Positions 60,036 through 64,000 of a stretch of DNA of 64,000 nt are shown piece by piece (positions within the stretch are counted from its first letter, which is position 1; every line of letters begins with the position of its first letter). Under the pieces are notes generated by a model. The model saw nothing but the letters and a program-made list of their open reading frames with translations. It was not told the DNA's origin and searched no databases. This DNA is from Turneriella sp. (GTDB lineage Bacteria; Spirochaetota; Leptospiria; Turneriellales; Turneriellaceae), in NCBI GenBank assembly GCA_965279515.1, contig CBDIID010000003.1, forward strand, positions 1,184,001 through 1,248,000. Direction: 5' to 3'. The position numbers and the translations under genes were made by a program.

Positions 60036-60559
60036 TATGCCTGCACAGCCTCGAATCTGATGAGCACCGTGTCCGCATCGACTTGTGCCCCGGCCTCGAC
60101 GAGAATCTCTTTGATGCGGCATGCCCCCGTGGCCTTCAGCGTCATTTCCATTTTCATGGCTTCCTGAATCAGGAGCGCATCGCCCGCCTGGACAACGTCG
60201 CCCACACGCGCGGTGATTTTAATAATCTTACCGGGAATCTCAGAGCGCAGCTCTGCCGCGCCCGCACGGTCACCGCCCTCGCCCTTAAAGGCTGTGTGCG
60301 TGAGACGGTAATAGAAACCGTCGATGACGAGGTCCGTACTGGCGGCGGATGTATGGAAGTGCGCAGGGCTACTCTCGCCTGCAAGGCGGATAGATGCACT
60401 GCCGGAAACAACCTGCCCCGCTGCGGGCGATGCGGTCAAAGAGACAACGGAAAACTCTTCGCCCGTCGCTGCGCCCGGCGCAGCCGCAGCGATGACGCGA
60501 CCGTCACCGGCGATGCGCGGAAATGTTTTCTGTTCATGGCGGAAATGCCGACGGCGCAT
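60035..60559 (-). CDS. Biotin carboxyl carrier domain protein
   Basis: PGKI.K...GD.V..GD.L.I.EAMKME biotinylation motif; ATG 60559 preferred. Confidence 0.88.
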   Translation of the reverse strand: MRRRHFRHEQKTFPRIAGDGRVIAAAAPGAATGEEFSVVSLTASPAAGQVVSGSASIRLAGESSPAHFHTSAASTDLVIDGFYYRLTHTAFKGEGGDRAGAAELRSEIPGKIIKITARVGDVVQAGDALLIQEAMKMEMTLKATGACRIKEILVEAGAQVDADTVLIRFEAVQA

Positions 60560-60671
60560 GGATAGGGGTAGGTCAACTGAGGCGTACAGGTTGGCAACTA
60601 AAACCGTTGCAGATGGGCCGAATTTCAATAAAATCTTGACACGCACATGGACATGGCCTTTCTCAACGCGT

Positions 60672-62354
60672 ATGCGCCGCGCCTACTATGAAATCCGCCG
60701 AATGCTCGCGGTCAATTCCATCGTCATCGATCTTGTGATCGATATGATAATTTCTTACCTGTACCGGCCGCGTGGCCTCAGGCCCCGCCCCTTCTCGCGG
60801 CGCTTCATTGCCGGTATCGTCAGGCGAATTTTCCGCCGTCCCAAGAATTTCGCACGTTTTCCCGTCCAGTTCCGGCGTACGCTTGAACGTTTAGGGCCGA
60901 CCTACGTAAAACTCGGACAGATTTTGTCGCTGCGAGACGATATGCTGCCTGAGCGCATCACGCTGGAACTCAGAAAACTGCAAAGCGCGGTTCCGCCGAT
61001 TCCATACGCAGATGCGAAAGGAGTTATTGAGGCAGAGTTCAACATGCCGATACGGCATATTTTCGCCGAGTTTTCAGAAATTCCGGTGGCTTCGGCCTCT
61101 CTCGCCCAGGCGCATATTGCTAAACTCCGCAGCGGCCAGAAAGTCGTCGTCAAGGTCCAGCGCCCGGGTATCACCCGGCTTATCAGCGATGATATCAATG
61201 TCATGCGCCGCCTGGCTTTTGTCATGGAAAGAATTCCCAAACTGCGCGACTATCGTCCTGCGCACTTTGTCGAAGAATTCGCTAAGTACACGATGCGCGA
61301 ACTCGACTTTGCGCAAGAAGGCAAACATGCGGATATCTTCCGCGAAAACTTCAAGGATTGGGATGACATCACTTTCCCGCGTATTTACTGGGACTATACC
61401 TCGCGGCGCGTTCTGACGATGGAATTTGTCGACGGCGTGAAACCCGACGACCGCGCCAAACTCAAAAAACTCGGCATCAACGGCCCCAAGCTGGCAGCAC
61501 GCGGCGCGCAAGCCGTGCTCAAAATGCTCTACATCGACGGTTTTTTTCACGGTGACCCGCATCCCGGTAACATGTTCATCGTCGACCGCAGCAAAATCTG
61601 CATGATCGATTTGGGCATGATCGGCTCGTTCAACCCGGAAACCCGCAACAACATGTTCTTATACTACTACTTCACGGTAATCCGGGAATTCGACCATGCC
61701 ACAAGTTACCTGGTAAAACTCACCGAGCCGGGCCGCAAGGCCGACGTCGCGGGCTTTCGCACCGAACTTGCCGAACAAATCAAACGCTGGTCGGGCTCAT
61801 CGGCGTTCAAGGAATACTCGCTGGGCCGGCTCATCTTTGATACGATGAATATCGGTGCCAAACACCGCCTGTATTTTCATGGCGACCTGGTACTTTCTTC
61901 GAAATGTATTATCACGATTGAAGCCGTGGGCGCCATTCTCGACCCTAAAATGGACCTCGCCAAAGTTTCGCGGCCAATGATGGAACAGATCTTTGCCGAA
62001 CAGATGTCGCTCGCGCGTTACGGTAAATCCATCCTGCGCGCCTTACCCGACTATCTCGAATACGCTGAGAAAATACCCGACCAGATCCTGAAAACAATTG
62101 GCATGATCTCTTCGGGTAAATTCCAGATCGAAGTGACGCGGCCACCAGAAAGGGAAACGCGCGACCGCAGTAACCATTTCAGCATCATGGGCTTCGTCTC
62201 GCTCTGCCTTGCCGTTTTATTCCTCGTGCGCGACGACCTGTCACCCAGCCAGTGGACGTTGCCGTTTATCGGCAGCGTTTCTGCTCTGGGAGTCATCGGC
62301 GCGCTGAGTTCGGCGTTCTTCTTTATGCTGGCACGCCGGGCCGAGCCGGAATAG
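60672..62354 (+). CDS. ABC1/UbiB atypical kinase family protein
   Basis: LGPTYVKLGQ, ASASLAQAH, VKVQRP, ELDF..E, FFHGDPHPGN and DLGM motifs; ATG 60672 preferred because the ORF-track start overlaps the divergent gene. Confidence 0.9.
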   Translation: MRRAYYEIRRMLAVNSIVIDLVIDMIISYLYRPRGLRPRPFSRRFIAGIVRRIFRRPKNFARFPVQFRRTLERLGPTYVKLGQILSLRDDMLPERITLELRKLQSAVPPIPYADAKGVIEAEFNMPIRHIFAEFSEIPVASASLAQAHIAKLRSGQKVVVKVQRPGITRLISDDINVMRRLAFVMERIPKLRDYRPAHFVEEFAKYTMRELDFAQEGKHADIFRENFKDWDDITFPRIYWDYTSRRVLTMEFVDGVKPDDRAKLKKLGINGPKLAARGAQAVLKMLYIDGFFHGDPHPGNMFIVDRSKICMIDLGMIGSFNPETRNNMFLYYYFTVIREFDHATSYLVKLTEPGRKADVAGFRTELAEQIKRWSGSSAFKEYSLGRLIFDTMNIGAKHRLYFHGDLVLSSKCIITIEAVGAILDPKMDLAKVSRPMMEQIFAEQMSLARYGKSILRALPDYLEYAEKIPDQILKTIGMISSGKFQIEVTRPPERETRDRSNHFSIMGFVSLCLAVLFLVRDDLSPSQWTLPFIGSVSALGVIGALSSAFFFMLARRAEPE

Positions 62355-62375
62355 CCGTCGGCCAGGGCCCTGCGG

Positions 62376-62768
62376 TCAAAAACGAAAAGACAGGGAAAGA
62401 TATCCGGCGGGAGTTCCGTCGAGGTTTTTTGTCTGCGCCTTAATCGCATAGTGGTCATCCATCGCAATACCAAAGCTTAGAATCGCGGCGGTTATCGCCG
62501 TCACCCCATAGAATGCCCCGTCGGTAGTAAAATTAGACTTACCGTCAGCGGCATACATGCCATAGCCGAAAAGACCGTAGACGGCGAAACTCGCCAGGAA
62601 CGTAAACGGATACGAAATAAAAAATATGATTTCGCCCCGCCTGAGCGGCGACTCGTCCTTTGCGTCGGTATGGATATTTTCCGGATAACCGGGATTGAGT
62701 TCAATGGCGTGTGTTGCCGCAAACGCCGTGAGGCTCAGCACTAAAACGATCTTGCGCAGGAATTTCAC
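62376..62768 (-). CDS. Small exported/membrane hypothetical protein
   Basis: GTG 62768, signal peptide, ES.LRR.EIIFF.S.PF segment, two TMs. Confidence 0.65.
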   Translation of the reverse strand: MKFLRKIVLVLSLTAFAATHAIELNPGYPENIHTDAKDESPLRRGEIIFFISYPFTFLASFAVYGLFGYGMYAADGKSNFTTDGAFYGVTAITAAILSFGIAMDDHYAIKAQTKNLDGTPAGYLSLSFRF

Positions 62769-62819
62769 GGTAGCTTCCCCTTCCCCGGTACGTTGGCGTA
62801 AGCCGGCCTGGCGCGGCAA

Positions 62820-63836
62820 TCACGCATCAAAAAGCGGAGCCTCTTTGCCCGGCATACCCAGGTGAATGAACGCTTCGCGCGTGAGCATACGGCCGCGCGG
62901 TGTCCGGCGGATGAATGCTCGGCGGACAAGGTAAGGTTCGACATAGTCCTCAAGCGTCGCGAGATCTTCGGCGAGTATCGACGACAGCGGTTTTAATCCC
63001 ACCGGGCCGCCCTGGTAATGGTTGGCGATAGTCAGCATAAACTGGCGGTCGAGTTTTGTGATACCCTCGGCGTCGATGTGCATCTTCTGAAAGGCATGCT
63101 CGGCCGCGGCGAGGCCCACGGCTTTTTCGAGCGAACCGCTGTCGGCAAGAGCATAGTCCCAGACCCGCCGCAACAGGTGCAATGCGATACGCGGCGTGCT
63201 GCGCGCGCGCCGGCTGATCGCACGCGTCGCCTCTTCGTCGAGCAAAATCTTCCAGAGCCCGGCGGCGCGCTGCACAATGCGTACGATGTCGTCGTCTTCG
63301 TAGAACTCGAGATGAAAACGAATACCAAAACGATCGCGCAGCGGCGCGGTCAAGTCACCCGGCCGCGTCGTCGCCCCGATCAGCGTGAAGGGCGGTAATT
63401 TGATCTGCACGGAATTCGCCAGCAGGCCGTCGCCGACGGCGATATCGATGCTGCGGTCTTCCATCGCCCCATAGAGCAGCTCTTCCGCGGCAACCGGCAG
63501 GCGGTGGATCTCATCGATGAAAAGAACGTCGTGCTCGCCCAGGGAACTCAGAATTTTTGCCAGGTCGCCGGGACGTTTGATATTGGGCGCAGTGATCTGC
63601 GAGAAACGCGCGCCCGTTTCTTCAGAGACAATCCGTGCCAGCGTGGTTTTACCCAGGCCCGGTGGCCCCGAGAGCAGAATATGGTCAAGCGGTTCTTTGC
63701 GGATAGCCGCGGCCTTGATAAAGGATCTCAGGTTTTCGACGACATCTTTCTGCCCGACAAACTCTGAAAGCGCCGACGGGCGCACCTGTACTTCCTGGTC
63801 GTTTTTTTCGAGGTGGAGATGTGGTTCGAGCGGCAT
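62820..63836 (-). CDS. ruvB: Holliday junction branch migration helicase RuvB
   Basis: RP..L.EFVGQ, GPPGLGKTTLA, FIDEIHRL, FTLIGATTR, LRDRFG, GGPVG and RTPRGR motifs. Confidence 0.97.
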   Translation of the reverse strand: MPLEPHLHLEKNDQEVQVRPSALSEFVGQKDVVENLRSFIKAAAIRKEPLDHILLSGPPGLGKTTLARIVSEETGARFSQITAPNIKRPGDLAKILSSLGEHDVLFIDEIHRLPVAAEELLYGAMEDRSIDIAVGDGLLANSVQIKLPPFTLIGATTRPGDLTAPLRDRFGIRFHLEFYEDDDIVRIVQRAAGLWKILLDEEATRAISRRARSTPRIALHLLRRVWDYALADSGSLEKAVGLAAAEHAFQKMHIDAEGITKLDRQFMLTIANHYQGGPVGLKPLSSILAEDLATLEDYVEPYLVRRAFIRRTPRGRMLTREAFIHLGMPGKEAPLFDA

Positions 63837-63845
63837 GGCTGGCCG

Positions 63846-64000
63846 CTATTCTTTACCGCGCTCGAGCACGACACAGGCATTGGAATAGTCGCGTGCATGC
63901 GAGATGCTGAAGAGTATGCTTGTCACGCTTTTTGTCTTCAGCATTTCTGCCAGAAGTCCGGTGACGTGGATGTCCTTTTTCCCTTCACTACCCTTGAGCC
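63846..64000 (-). CDS. acpS: Holo-[acyl-carrier-protein] synthase, C-terminal fragment (runs off the window)
   Basis: My translation of the minus strand gives ...KSVTSILFSISHARDYSNACVVLERGKE*, matching the AcpS C-terminal SISH...Y..A.V pattern. Not in the ORF track. Confidence 0.78.
   Translation of the reverse strand, partial: LKGSEGKKDIHVTGLLAEMLKTKSVTSILFSISHARDYSNACVVLERGKE

Overview
Gene-dense bacterial chromosomal window with no integrase, transposase, prophage or CRISPR array. The gene content (many lipoproteins, SpoIIE-TPR, FecR, alginate-export-type barrels, large cNMP-domain protein, sigma-28) looks like a free-living spirochete of the Leptospiraceae, possibly Turneriella-like; this is inference. 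Main blocks: (1) a complete reductive pyrimidine catabolism operon (1-9673; mmsA, class III aminotransferase, NCS1 permease, hydA, ureidopropionase, preT, preA); (2) ribB/UbiA, OmpA-PD40, photolyase, speE; (3) a barrel/Kelch lipoprotein cassette, NamZ, GGDEF, osmC-metZ; (4) a minus-strand inorganic-carbon uptake operon dabA-dabB-sulP-porin (26696-34363); (5) a 14-repeat propeller lipoprotein, nusB/ribH, tRNA-Ala(GGC), P450, a FecR/barrel trio, fliA, rsmA, a TonB receptor, an ABC1 kinase, ruvB and partial acpS. The best candidate for an undescribed system lies in front of block 4. It is a signal-peptide-bearing leader ORF ending in ...SRAPPAL*, the RAPP ribosome-arrest motif. It sits directly behind a sigma70-type promoter and in front of dabA, and its Pro-Pro codons are complementary to the dabA Shine-Dalgarno. 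All calls come from reading motifs by eye; no database searches were run.
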